This document shows, piece by piece, positions 10,418 to 20,526 of a DNA stretch of 20,526 nucleotides. This DNA is from Ginkgo biloba (lineage: Eukaryota > Plantae > Ginkgophyta), in the NCBI GenBank assembly GCA_024626585.2, contig JANKJI020000002.1:171694600-171715125 (forward strand), read 5' to 3'. The translations under genes and the position numbers were made by a program. The notes beneath the pieces are model-generated. The model was not told where the DNA came from. It ran no database searches and saw only the letters and a list, made by a program, of their open reading frames with translations. How positions within the stretch are numbered: the stretch's first letter is position 1; the number at the start of each line of letters is the position of its first letter.

Positions 10418-13400
10418 GAGCTCTTCGTCATTGTCAGTTGTGAGTTCTCTTTTGTGTCGATGATGTCCTTCCCTCTGTCATATAAATCTTCTATATTTTT
10501 CCCACGTTCATCGTATTCTAATGCATGACCTTTTATTTCTTTAAATAAATATTCTCCCTTTTTCAAACAACCTCCACCAATGATGTCGATTCTCTTCTAA
10601 CATGCTCTCATTGATGATGTCGGCCAAATTTTATGTTGTAATCTTTATTATTTCTTGTATCGTTGTCAATCGTCAATTTACCCCATTCTTTGTTGGCCTT
10701 CTCTGACTTCTCCATCCCTTGTTGGTGTCGATCAAGTCCAAACTGACACACCAAACTCTAAGGGAATTCATCGGTTGCCAACAAACCCCTTACTCAAAAT
10801 TCTCTTTTTTTCCTTCGGCAACAATATTCACCCTTCGCCGATGTGCTTCCATGGGTCTAATGTTGGCATCATCAAAATACTTCCATAACTCCAAAACTAA
10901 GGGATGCCCCTACATCATTTTCCCCTTCTTTAAAATTGTGCATGAGCTCCTACTCATGCCTCTTACTACTTCTTTTAGGTCATCTCATTCCATGCTCCAT
11001 TTCTTCCATCTCTTCCAATTCCTCCTCTTGGTAGATATCTCCTTCCACTATGTCTTGTGCCTATAGCTGCCCATTCCTAGCCACTGCTCCACTTCTTTCA
11101 AAACTTCCTCCGAGTGCTCCAATGTCATCCCTGCCTTATTTATTCTACTCTCCACCATAGATACCTACAATATGTCAATTGTGGCCTTCTCAGTTGTACC
11201 TATAAAATCATCACATAGGAAAAATTCCTCATCATGGTTTGCCCGCTTGCTTGCTTTCTTCCTTGGGTCATCCATCCAACCACCTTCACCACTCATTTTC
11301 CTCTCTTATTCATTGGGTGGATTAGCTAGGTAAAAAANNNNNNNNNNNNNNNNNNNNNNNNNNNNNNNNNNNNNNNNNNNNNNNNNNNNNNNNNNNNNNN
11401 NNNNNNNNNNNNNNNNNNNNNNNNNNNNNNNNNNNNNATTGGCCATATATTCTTCATTACTTGACCTCCCCCTTTGTTCATTTGTAAAGAATAACAACCC
11501 ATTCATAAAATGACTTGTTGTCTCCCTTTGGCCTCTTGCCAAATTATTTTGTCCGTTCGTCAAACGTAATTCACCCATTCGACGAACAAGAAACCTCACT
11601 CATCCACCTATATTATCCGTTCTACCATCAACACCTTTCATTTGTCAAATAATATTCTCCATTTGACGAATAACACTCTTCCCTCACCCAACAATACTCT
11701 CCGTTCGTAGAACGATCCACTCTATTCAATGAAAGACACTCTTTGTTTTCCCAATATTACTCCCTGTTCATCGAACAACTCGCTCCATTCGATGAACATC
11801 TCCTTTCTCTTCTTCTTGTTGCCTTATCTTTAGTTGTTGTAAGCCTTTTGCTGCTCCATTGTAGTGATCTTTTCTCACCTTGTTGTCTTCTCCTCCACCC
11901 TACTGATCTGTATGAATTTCCATCTCTCTTGGATCTCCATTGGCCTGCTTGTCACCATCACGAACATCATTTCCATCCTCTATGGCATTATCATCATTTT
12001 TCTTTTCTATTTTTATAGCTTGCTTGTTACCTTTCTCATCTTCTTCTATAAGGGCTCTTTCCTATCCATTATCCCATCTTTGACCATCAATTCATCTACT
12101 CCATCTACCTATTCATACACATGATCCACTAAAATGATTACCCCTTTCTCATAGGGCAGTACCACACCGTCACCCTAAATTTTCAAATGCTTCTTACCAA
12201 GCATGCTTACATCTAATTTTTTCTCCTCCATAATAAATATTTTCAATCTATCTTCACCTACAAGATAATCAATCAAACATAATTTTTTTTTATTTTATCT
12301 GTCCAAGCCCTCATCTATCATCACTACTTCCTATGGAATCTCTTCTCAGATGTCATGGAAAATATTTGTCATCCCCTCTCTACTAATTCCACCTACAACC
12401 ACCTCCAAGTCTCTGACCATGAATTTAAATGATAATCTAGCCTCACGCATGACTGATACTTCTCCTTGCTCCTATGATGCTTCTCCAAACTCGTCGATAT
12501 GTTGGTTCTCTCCATATGTTGGCCATTCTATTAATTGACCAGTCCATAAATATATGGCATCCTCTCCTTCTATCAGAGTATCCTCTCTTTCCTCATATGG
12601 AACCTGCTCTTCTAGTCCACATGGCTTGTCTTCTTCCACCTTATTGTCTATCCTCTCCATAGGCTCATACAGACACCATACCTAGATGTCATCCAAGGAT
12701 TCTACATCCATCACTAGCTCACAGACCACCACATCATTGGAATCCTCATCTTCACCTTGCCCTTGCACAAGCTTGTTTGCAAACTCCTCATTAGTTCACT
12801 CTTTAGACAAAACTCCCACTAGTTCCTCTATGACTTGGCTTATCATTTAATATCCCGACATCAATCGTTCATGCATGACTTATTTCTCTTTCATTTCCTC
12901 TATGGCCTCATCTATCGTTGCTCATCCATCATGTTGAACTTCTTCTTCATGCCCTTCCATGGGCTCTTTTGACGTCTATCCACCGACATACCTAGGCTGC
13001 ATGTCGATCACCATAACCCTCTCTAGGGTTTCTCTTCAAGTCACCTCTTCACCATATGGATGTTGCTTAGCAACTAAAATCCCATCCTTGGGTTCCTCCC
13101 CTTTTTTTCCTTCACATATGACCTTTTCAATTGAATTTTCTTCTTCTTTTTCTCTCTTCTCTTCCCTCCTAGGAGATATTATATCATTGCCTTTAAAGAA
13201 TTCCCTAACTATAGACTATAGTGCCTCATCTTCATCTTGGATTTCTCTTTCCTTCTACTCCTCTTGCTTGCCAGGAGTTCTCTTCTTGGGTTTATCCAAT
13301 GTTCATAGCTTCTTTACTGTGGCTCAAACCCATTCCTCTACTTCCAACTCAATAATTCTTTTCTTTAGCCACTTTATCTCTCTCAACTCTATCGATTTTC

Positions 13401-13523
13401 TCTCCATAGCAGCTCTCGACGCCATCTTGATTCTTCAACAAATGAGCTCTCCCTTAGCTCTAACACCTTCCCACGGTGTAATTCAACCTTAATGTAGCTA
13501 CCAAAGGTGTTTATTTCACTCAT
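10418..13523 (-). pseudogene. Decayed long Glu/Lys/Arg-rich reading frame(s) of unknown function (copy B)
   Basis: Homologue of 6630-8004 (includes ORF 12472-12660). It continues with stops and frameshifts through ALIEEDEKGNKQAIKIEKKNDDNAIEDGND, the 7-codon repeats, ORF 11306-11599 and further charged segments to the gap at 10417. No gag, zinc knuckle or pol motif was recognised. Confidence 0.55.
11555..11797. repeat. Degenerate 21-bp / 63-bp higher-order tandem repeat with hairpin-forming units
   Basis: GTTCGTCGAA-like...TTCGACGAAC-like pairs start at 11555, 11640, 11703 and 11766. 11766-11797 has a perfect 10-bp stem (GTTCATCGAA/TTCGATGAAC). Confidence 0.75.
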
Positions 13524-14365
13524 GAGGTCTCCTCCAATGTGCCTTACATTCCTTCTCTATTTGAGACACTTCCTTCTTTACGAGTAACTTTATGCTTTGT
13601 CTTCTTCACCACAAGCAGTCCTGTTCTCTTTTCTTCTTTGAGATTTAACTTCGCTCCTTATTGCAGTGGCTTCTTCTACAAGCCTTGAATAAGGCTTTGA
13701 TACCACCTGATGTTATTATTCTTCTTTGGAGGAAAGATGATGGTACCACTTGCTCTAATACTAGATGATGTAGGCCAATGTGTGATATCTCATAGATCGC
13801 CCGCCTCTAGGATATTTTATGGCTTCCCTTGGGACTGTGTTGTTGCCCCTTTGTGNNNNNNNNNNNNNNNNNNNNNNNNNNNNNNNNNNNNNNNNNNNNN
13901 NNNNNNNNNNNNNNNNNNNNNNNNNNNNNNNNNNNNNNNNNNNNNNNNNNNNNNNNNNNNNNNNNNNNNNNNNNNNNNNNNNNNNNNNNNNNNNNNNNNN
14001 NNNNNNNNNNNNNNNNNNNNNNNNNNNNNNNNNNNNNNNNNNNNNNNNNNNNNNNNNNNNNNNNNNNNNNNNNNNNNNNNNNNNNNNNNNNNNNNNNNNN
14101 NNNNNNNNNNNNNNNNNNNNNNNNNNNNNNNNNNNNNNNNNNNNNNNNNNNNNNNNNNNNNNNNNNNNNNNNNNNNNNNNNNNNNNNNNNNNNNNNNNNN
14201 NNNNNNNNNNNNNNNNNNNNNNNNNNNNNNNNNNNNNNNNNNNNNNNNNNNNNNNNNNNNNNNNNNNNNNNNNNNNNNNNNNNNNNNNNNNNNNNNNNNN
14301 NNNNNNNNNNNNNNNNNNNNNNNNNAATGGAAGTTTTAGTCAGTTTGCTACCTGGGCAACATAGG

Positions 14366-14464
14366 TTGTTCGATCGAACAAATTCTAGGCACGCTTTTGG
14401 CTGCTTTTTTTTTGCACCTATGTTTTTACTATGATTTTTGTGATATGGTTGTTCAATCAAACAA
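14366..14464. repeat. 16-bp perfect palindrome TTGTTCGATCGAACAA and a decayed second copy
   Basis: 14366-14381 is perfect. 14449-14464 reads TTGTTCAATCAAACAA (both CpGs changed). Both copies are preceded by GG. Confidence 0.8.
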
Positions 14465-15300
14465 CATATCATCCCTTGCATCCCTTCATGCAGGACCCGA
14501 TGTTTTGTTATCATTTCTAGAATTATTGATATAAAAATTGACAACCTTTAAAAATAAATCATGGGAAGCAAGTCAAGACATTAAGATAAAAAGGAAAAAA
14601 GATGAAATGATGATGATAGAAGAACTCATCAATGTGAATGAATGAGATAACTTCCTAAGCAACATAGAATTGCAATAATTATTCCAGATGTTTTTAAACC
14701 AAATTTTAAAGATGTTTAGCATAATCCATCAAATCTAGAAAAGCATACATGCACTGCATTAGACCCTAAGGATGTCATCATTCTACAGGATATGAAATCA
14801 TCCCAAATTTAAGGTTAGTAGTTTAAAGCCTCCCTTTATGGTTAACCTAAAATAATAGAGTAAAAATTTGTATGGAGTTGTAAGATAATTTATAACTTGA
14901 ATCCAAATTAGTATTTTGAATGACACAACATCTCTCATGAGGACACTAAGAATTATGCTTGAAGACCCTCAAAGTTTGATACTTTGCTAATTTACAGCTT
15001 ATAAATGGCTTCATGGATCATGCCATTTGTAAAAAGGTAACAAGAATGAGGGCAAGTGGNNNNNNNNNNNNNNNNNNNNNNNNNNNNNNNNNNNNNNNNN
15101 NNNNNNNNNNNNNNNNNNNNNNNNNNNNNNNNNNNNNNNNNNNNNNNNNNNNNNNNNNNNNNNNNNNNNNNNNNNNNNNNNNNNNNNTTCCCTATTAATG
15201 ACAACCTCATCATTTTATGGGCCATAATATGCTAACTTTTACATTACCTCAATTTCATTTAATATGACATAATAAATCAAAATTAATCAAGGTAAATATT

Positions 15301-15420
15301 AAAATAAGGTGAATAAAAGCATATATTATAGTGCACTACCATGTTCAAAATTAAAACCATAAAAGATAAATAAGAAAATCAAGTGAATCAAACGGTTTTA
15401 TAGTGCGTGACCATGTTCAA
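15301..15420 (+). repeat. ~47-bp imperfect direct repeat
   Basis: aaaataaggtgaataaaagc..ttatagtgcactaccatgttcaa (15301-15348) versus aaaatcaagtgaatcaaacg..ttatagtgcgtgaccatgttcaa (15375-15420). Confidence 0.7.
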
Positions 15421-15745
15421 GCATAACTAATGGACAACAACATAAGGGTAAAAATCCTTATTTCCATTTAGTCAAAAACCAGTCAAAAACTTGTTTAATA
15501 TTTCTACTTATTATTGTAACTACCACTTTTGAGAATCCATACATACACCTGCTAATCGTATTTTGTGTATTTCAGGAAGATTGGTATTTGACTACCAAGA
15601 CCAAGGAGAGGATGACACAAAATCAAGACAAACATGGGAGTCAGANNNNNNNNNNNNNNNNNNNNNNNNNNNNNNNNNNNNNNNNNNNNNNNNNNNNNNN
15701 NNNNNNNNNNNNNNNNNNNNNNNNNNNNNNNNNNNNNNNNNNNNN

Positions 15746-15925
15746 GGATTATTTTTTCCAAGTTATATTTTGGTGTAAGCTTGCAGGTCCGAGGGTTTCA
15801 AGCTAGAGCAAACACCTTGAAGAGTTGGACCACTGCACAAAGCGACAACAACATAGTCCTAAGGGAAGCCGTAGAAGATCCTGGAGGAAGGTGGTATGTG
15901 AGATATCACACATCAACCTGCATCA
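15746..15925 (+). repeat. 3' end of an LTR of the same family (3' LTR or solo LTR)
   Basis: Aligns with ~6208-6387, ends TGCATCA, and is followed by non-element flank rather than a PBS. Confidence 0.9.
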
Positions 15926-16189
15926 TTATCTAACCTATGTAGAGAATTATTTAAATCATTATACATAGATCCATTAGGATTGAATCATTGTCTAAAAACT
16001 TGAAATCATTGCATCCTCGTAAAGCTCCCTCTCTCTATAGAAACCAGTTGAAAAGATATTGCAAGTTATGACACTCGACATTACTATTTGAGATTTAACC
16101 AAACAAAATGTTACTCAACTTATCAACATATAGATATGCTTGGCATTTCCATAATTATTAGGCCTTCTTTTATTACTACCATTAAGTAG
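15926..16189 (-). pseudogene. 264-bp duplicate of the PPR-like pseudogene segment 17621-17884, interrupted by the LTR
   Basis: Colinear direct repeat of 17621-17884. The - strand reads SVITCNIFSTGFYRERELYEDA and FNPNGSMYNDLNNSLHRLD. Confidence 0.6.
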
Positions 16190-16398
16190 GAATACCTACA
16201 AACAAAAAACCTTAATAAATTATTTTGAAAATTATGTCTTTAAAAAACCTCAAAAATAACTTAGAATTTTATTATGTAAATATACATATATCTATATTTA
16301 CATATATATAATTGCATTGTTCTATTCCATCAGGAATAGATATATACATACTTATGATTGAACCCACAGGGAAAATACTCTATTTGTGTTATATATTT

Positions 16399-16526
16399 CT
16401 TTGTCATAAATTTTAGATTCTATATATCATGATATATAGAGAAACTTCTTATTTTAAGAAATAGAATTCACTTTAAGGATGCCTTAATGGTAAAATGGTA
16501 GACACCCAAAACTTAGAATCTCATGC
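16399..16526 (+). pseudogene. trnL-CAA: Plastid-derived fragment (NUPT): upstream spacer plus 5' half of trnL-CAA (16481-16526)
   Basis: GCCTTAATGGTAAAATGGTAGACACCCAAAACTTAGAATCTCATGC versus plastid trnL-CAA as I recall it, GCCTTGGTGGTGAAATGGTAGACACGCGAGACTCAAAATCTCGTGC: 37/46 with no gaps. Upstream CTTTGTCATA...ATTCACTTTAAGGAT resembles the recalled ndhB-trnL spacer. The 3' half of the tRNA is absent. Confidence 0.8.
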
Positions 16527-16709
16527 ATTATTCCTTCTTAATTTATCCATTTATTACTATTGTAGCACTTTGGCTTAACCTTCACCCCTATCGACTTTAA
16601 CATTCTTACCCATGGAAAGTAATTACCATATATGATCTAGAATTGATTAGACTAAGCTCTCCATAATAAACATTTGTTTTCTTTTTAGGAAATTACCTAG
16701 GGTAAATAA

Positions 16710-17059
16710 TTCTCTTATCTCGTCTTGTCTTCAACTAATCTTCCATTTCTTTTCTTGGTATCCCGTTTCTCTCTTATCTTCTATCACATTTCTTCTCTTC
16801 CATCTCTTATCTCGCTCCTATAACATCCCCCCACCTCTAGTCTCATTTTTGTACCATATTTTGTCCTGCTCCTATCTCTCATTTTTGTTCCTATCCCCCA
16901 CTTATATTTTCATAATCCCACCTTGTTTCCGTCTCCCACCTCAGTTCTTATCTCCCCTCTATTCCATGTTCTTATCTAGTCTCCATTCTCTATTTCTGTT
17001 TTCATCCTTTATTTTTGTGTTGTCTCCCATCTCATTCCTATATTTCATCTCTATTCCTA
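16710..17059. repeat. Pyrimidine-rich degenerate simple repeat (CTCTTATCTC / ATCCCCCAC motifs)
   Basis: Recurring CTCTTATCT, TCTCATT, ATCCCCC and GTCTCCCA motifs, with few G on the + strand. Confidence 0.55.
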
Positions 17060-17399
17060 NNNNNNNNNNNNNNNNNNNNNNNNNNNNNNNNNNNNNNNNN
17101 NNNNNNNNNNNNNNNNNNNNNNNNNNNNNNNNNNNNNNNNNNNNNNNNNNNNNNNNNNNGAATATAATTTTAAATGTTGAATGTATCTAATATAAATATG
17201 TATAAAACATTTAATTCACTTATGTTCAGTTTTGAATACATCTAATATAGATATACACAAATGATTTGAATCAATTTCCCTTAACACCTTATTATGAGAA
17301 ACTAAATTTGATTTAATACTTCATATTCTTTTCATAATTTCTATACTAGTTTCTCATTAATAATGGACATGCGTTTTTCCCACTTATATAGTATAGAAT

Positions 17400-18080
17400 A
17401 GAGAATATATAAGTTTTATAATATAGTATCAAACTAGCTTGTGGTAAATCCTAGGTATAACCCTTATCCCTACTTAACCACATACAATTCAAGCTTAACC
17501 AATGATATAAAGCATTCATTAAACCGCCTAAAAAATTGCAACAAAATTATAGAATCTTAAAAGTGTCTCTTTAAGAAGTTTGTTGGCTTCATTAAGACTA
17601 TTGTTGTAGCCTAGCATAACTTGTCTAACTTATGTAGAGAATTAGTTAAAGCATTGTACATAGAGCCATTGGGATTGAATCATTGCCAAACAACTTGAAC
17701 TTATTGTATCCTCTTAAATCTCCCTCTCCTTATAGAAATAAATTCAAAAGATAATGTAAGTTATGGCACTCAACATTACTATTTAAGATTTGACCAAACC
17801 AAACATTACTCCACTCACCAACATATAGATACAGTTGGAATTTCCATAATGATTAGGCCCTCTTCAATTTTTATCATTAAGTAGATATTTTCAATATGGA
17901 TATATTGGACTTCAATTGACATTTCAAAAGGATGAATGGATGCCAACATGAATTTCCATCATGTGGCTCTTGTTAAGCCTTAACCCCTTTATGGTGTAAT
18001 AATGAAAGAATATGTTTAGATCATGGGATCAATGGCTTAAGCTCCATTGTTAGCACCAGGAGGCATCTTACTACTTAGTA
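17400..18080 (-). pseudogene. Highly degenerate pentatricopeptide-repeat (PPR) gene fragment
   Basis: Successive - strand peptides across frameshifts: LVLTMELKPLIP/TYSFII; RLNKSHMMEIHVGIHSS; KIEEGLIIMEI; SAITYIIF*IYFYKEREI*E; *FNPNGSMYNALTNSLHKLDKLC*A (17682-17608); LNEANKLLKETL; LMNALY; RDKGYT*DL. These resemble the P-class consensus GxxPNxxTYNALINGLCKxGxxxEAxxLLxEM. Boundaries are approximate. Confidence 0.55.
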
Positions 18081-19356
18081 TTTTGACTTTAATATTTGAA
18101 TTCCTCATATATTTCACTAGTGTAAAAAATTGCTAATTTATTCTCTATATGAAAATTATAGGAGCACAACAGAGGTTGAATACTAACAACCATCACTTAT
18201 GATGGAATGAGAGTTGTAGAGATGCTCGATAAGAGCATCTAAGATTTTGATATATTGTAAGAGAATTTGAAACTCGATGCTATAGTTATGTGTGTGTGGC
18301 TATTAAAAAAATCAATACAAAAATCAATATATAGAATGTCATTTTTATGTTTTAAAAATTTTATGACATCAAAGATAACCGTTTGAAATTTTTTTAACGA
18401 GAAAAACACCCATGACATACAAATGAGTGGGGAACTCCAAACCTACCTCCAACAACCGAACCGTTCAAATATTCCACAAATTTATGACCAAATGAAAGGA
18501 TCGAGCATTTAATTCAATAATAGAATATGGAAATGGTGAATCATATATTTTCAATAATAGAAAACCGGCGGACGAATTTATCGGTGGAATGTATTTGTAT
18601 TTAATGCTTTATTATGCCGTCGCAAAATTTTTTTCGTCTGCCGTTTAATCCCATTGGAATGACACATGAAAATGGTGAATGATATGCATTTGGTCTTGCA
18701 TGGACATCCATGCTATAAATAGCCATTGAGCCAAAATTATAGTAGGTAATATGGATGCAGTGACACTTATGATTCATCGTGATTTAGCAAAGCATTGTGC
18801 ATTTAGCATTAATTTTTTTTTTTTGAAAATTGGTTGCTAGTGTGTCAAGCCCTCAAATTCCCCTAGGCACTGGAAATTGAATGTTTGAAATAGGGATTTA
18901 GAATCTTTGAATTAAAATTGCATATTCAATTTCCAACTCTATTGAAAGTTCTATATTATTCATTTTATTTTATAAGATTCCAAGAGCTTCTTTATATTGT
19001 TAAAAGTGCACTTTAGGTGAAAAAGATAATCAAATTCTAAAATGAATGTGTGAAAGTTTTATGAATGCATTTGTTGAAGTCTTCTCATCTTTACTCCTAA
19101 TTTAAGCTTATGATAATATATTTATATATCAAGAAATTCTATGGGTAATTTAAGCTAAATATAATGCAGATTTAATGATTTTGTCATATTATGAACTAAT
19201 ATAAATAAAACTATTCGAGGTTAAACAATCTTTTTATTACTCAAATAATTTACTTNNNNNNNNNNNNNNNNNNNNNNNNNNNNNNNNNNNNNNNNNNNNN
19301 NNNNNNNNNNNNNNNNNNNNNNNNNNNNNNNNNNNNNNNNNNNNNNNNNNNNNNNT

Positions 19357-19625
19357 AATACAAATTTAATTCCATTCAAATCCATTAAGAATTGATTGTA
19401 CCTCACATCAATTAAATACCACCTATCAATTTTATAATCTAACACTCATATTTTTATCATTTTTCATTGGCAAAGACCCTCTAATGGCATGTGCCTACAC
19501 CTTCCATGATAGACAATACAAATTTAATTCCATTCACATCCATTAAGAATTGATCATACCTCACATCAATTAAACACCACCTATTGATTTTATAATCTAA
19601 TGCTCTTATTTTTATTATTTTTCAT
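19357..19625 (+). repeat. ~110-bp direct repeat, period 158 bp
   Basis: 19357-19467 and 19515-19625 both read aatacaaatttaattccattca.atccattaagaattgat..tacctcacatcaattaaa.accacctat..attttataatctaa. Confidence 0.92.
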
Positions 19626-20400
19626 AATTGTTTTAATGTTTGGAGGCACCCATCATTTTTTTCTCTCTTTGGTCGATCATTCAACCAATCTCTTTAGTAT
19701 AATAGTAATATATGTGATCATTCGTTAACAACTATCTATGTAATAAACATATTTAATATCTTAGGCTTTCCCATTCTGGAGATAATTTGGGAAGATTAGA
19801 AGTGGAAGGTTTGGTCTATTATAGTGGATGGTATGTTGGTTCTAGTGTGGTGGTGATGAAATAGATTGAATTGTGTAACTCCCTTAGATCTTTAGTTTTA
19901 GCCTCTAAATATCTAGAAAATATAAATAGATGATACTAAACCCTTGTTGGTTCCATTAGTAGTTTACCCATCTCTTATTCAATTAGCATGGAAAAAATAC
20001 TAATGATGGCCTTAGTCTCCTAAAGCATTGTTTTCTTTTTTGGGTCTAGGTACTATCGCTGATGGGTTGTAAACTTACATTCCCCTTGCTTTTTCCCTTT
20101 ACATTGACAACATCAATGACAACATTGATGGTGGTTCGTGATTTAATTTTTCTTGTATGAAACACTTTTGGCTTTCATTTATCATATCACTTTAGACTAT
20201 AGTCTTTGGGGGGCATACTATTAGCACCCAAAATCTCACCTTTAGATGCACTAGGGGGATTTAAGTACTATGCACATAATTTAGAGCTCATATGTTCATT
20301 ATTTAGCTACTTGATATTTTTTACGCAAGAATCTAAAATTCATACATTCACCATATAGTTCCTAAATTTATTTGTACACCCTTTGGACACGTTTCAAAAT
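19470..20400 (-). mobile_element. Probable MuDR/MULE transposase relic
   Basis: In the expected order on the - strand: YLNPPS (cf. NPGS); VIDVVNVKGKSKG at 20120-20082 (cf. IDGxHLKGKYKG, first catalytic D); ETKA../*YFF (cf. ExxxSWxWF); NKGLVSSI at 19948-19925 (cf. DRxKGL); WVPPNIKTIMKNN; DQFLMDVNGIKFVLSIMEGVGTCH (SWIM-like start). No TIRs identified. Confidence 0.5.
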
Positions 20401-20526
20401 TTGCATGGGTAGGGCAACTTCATATTAGCCCACATGGATTAAAGGAGCACTATATCATAGTTTGTAGATAAGATAATTTTATTAATGTTCGACTAATGAC
20501 CACAACAATAGGTCAATGGGACTGTT

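Larger units (their letters stand above)
9548..13855 (-). mobile_element. Non-autonomous LTR element, copy B (5' LTR end, PBS x2, ~3.9 kb internal domain, PPT, 3' LTR start)
   Basis: On the - strand: LTR end 13855-13766 (..TACATCA), PBS1 13763-13749, PBS2 13705-13693, purine-rich internal domain to 9897, PPT 9908-9900, LTR start TGATG at 9896 running to the gap at 9548. Continuity across the gaps at 10322 and 11338 is assumed. Confidence 0.8.

Noticed and set aside
11555-11797. CRISPR-like array (palindromic repeats with ~63-bp period)
   Set aside because: Repeats are degenerate, the 'spacers' follow the same 21-bp periodicity, there are no cas genes, and the context is a plant retroelement.
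14561-15059. Possible gag remnant (YFE*HNISHEDTKNYA) on the + strand
   Set aside because: Only one weak motif among many stops; it cannot be supported without a profile search.
16481-16526. Functional tRNA-Leu(UAG) gene
   Set aside because: There is no T-arm or 3' acceptor strand and the anticodon stem is mismatched, so it is treated as a plastid-derived fragment.

Overview
Gap-riddled (15 N-runs), AT-rich plant nuclear genomic DNA made almost entirely of decayed mobile elements. I see no intact host gene. From left to right: (1) 1-4104 is a heavily mutated Ty3/gypsy pol relic of the non-chromovirus Tat/Ogre-like type (protease-RT-RNase H-integrase, + strand). (2) 4755-15925 holds four pieces of one apparently non-autonomous LTR element family. 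It has a ~1.1 kb TGATG...CATCA LTR, two tandem tRNA-iMet-type primer-binding sites 58 bp apart, a short PPT and a ~3.9 kb internal domain. That domain has no recognisable gag/pol but carries a long decayed Glu/Lys-rich reading frame with 21-bp hairpin repeats. The pieces are arranged as an internal-LTR-internal junction (+), a nearly complete copy (-) and two LTR ends sharing the same flank in inverted orientation. (3) That flank is a duplicate of a PPR-like pseudogene whose empty-site copy lies at ~17.4-18.1 kb (-). (4) A short plastid-derived trnL-CAA fragment lies at ~16.4-16.5 kb. (5) A probable MuDR/MULE transposase relic lies at ~19.4-20.4 kb (-). The most novel-looking item is the LTR family with its orphan ORF and double PBS. 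All alignments and translations were done by eye, and contig order/orientation across the gaps may be unreliable.
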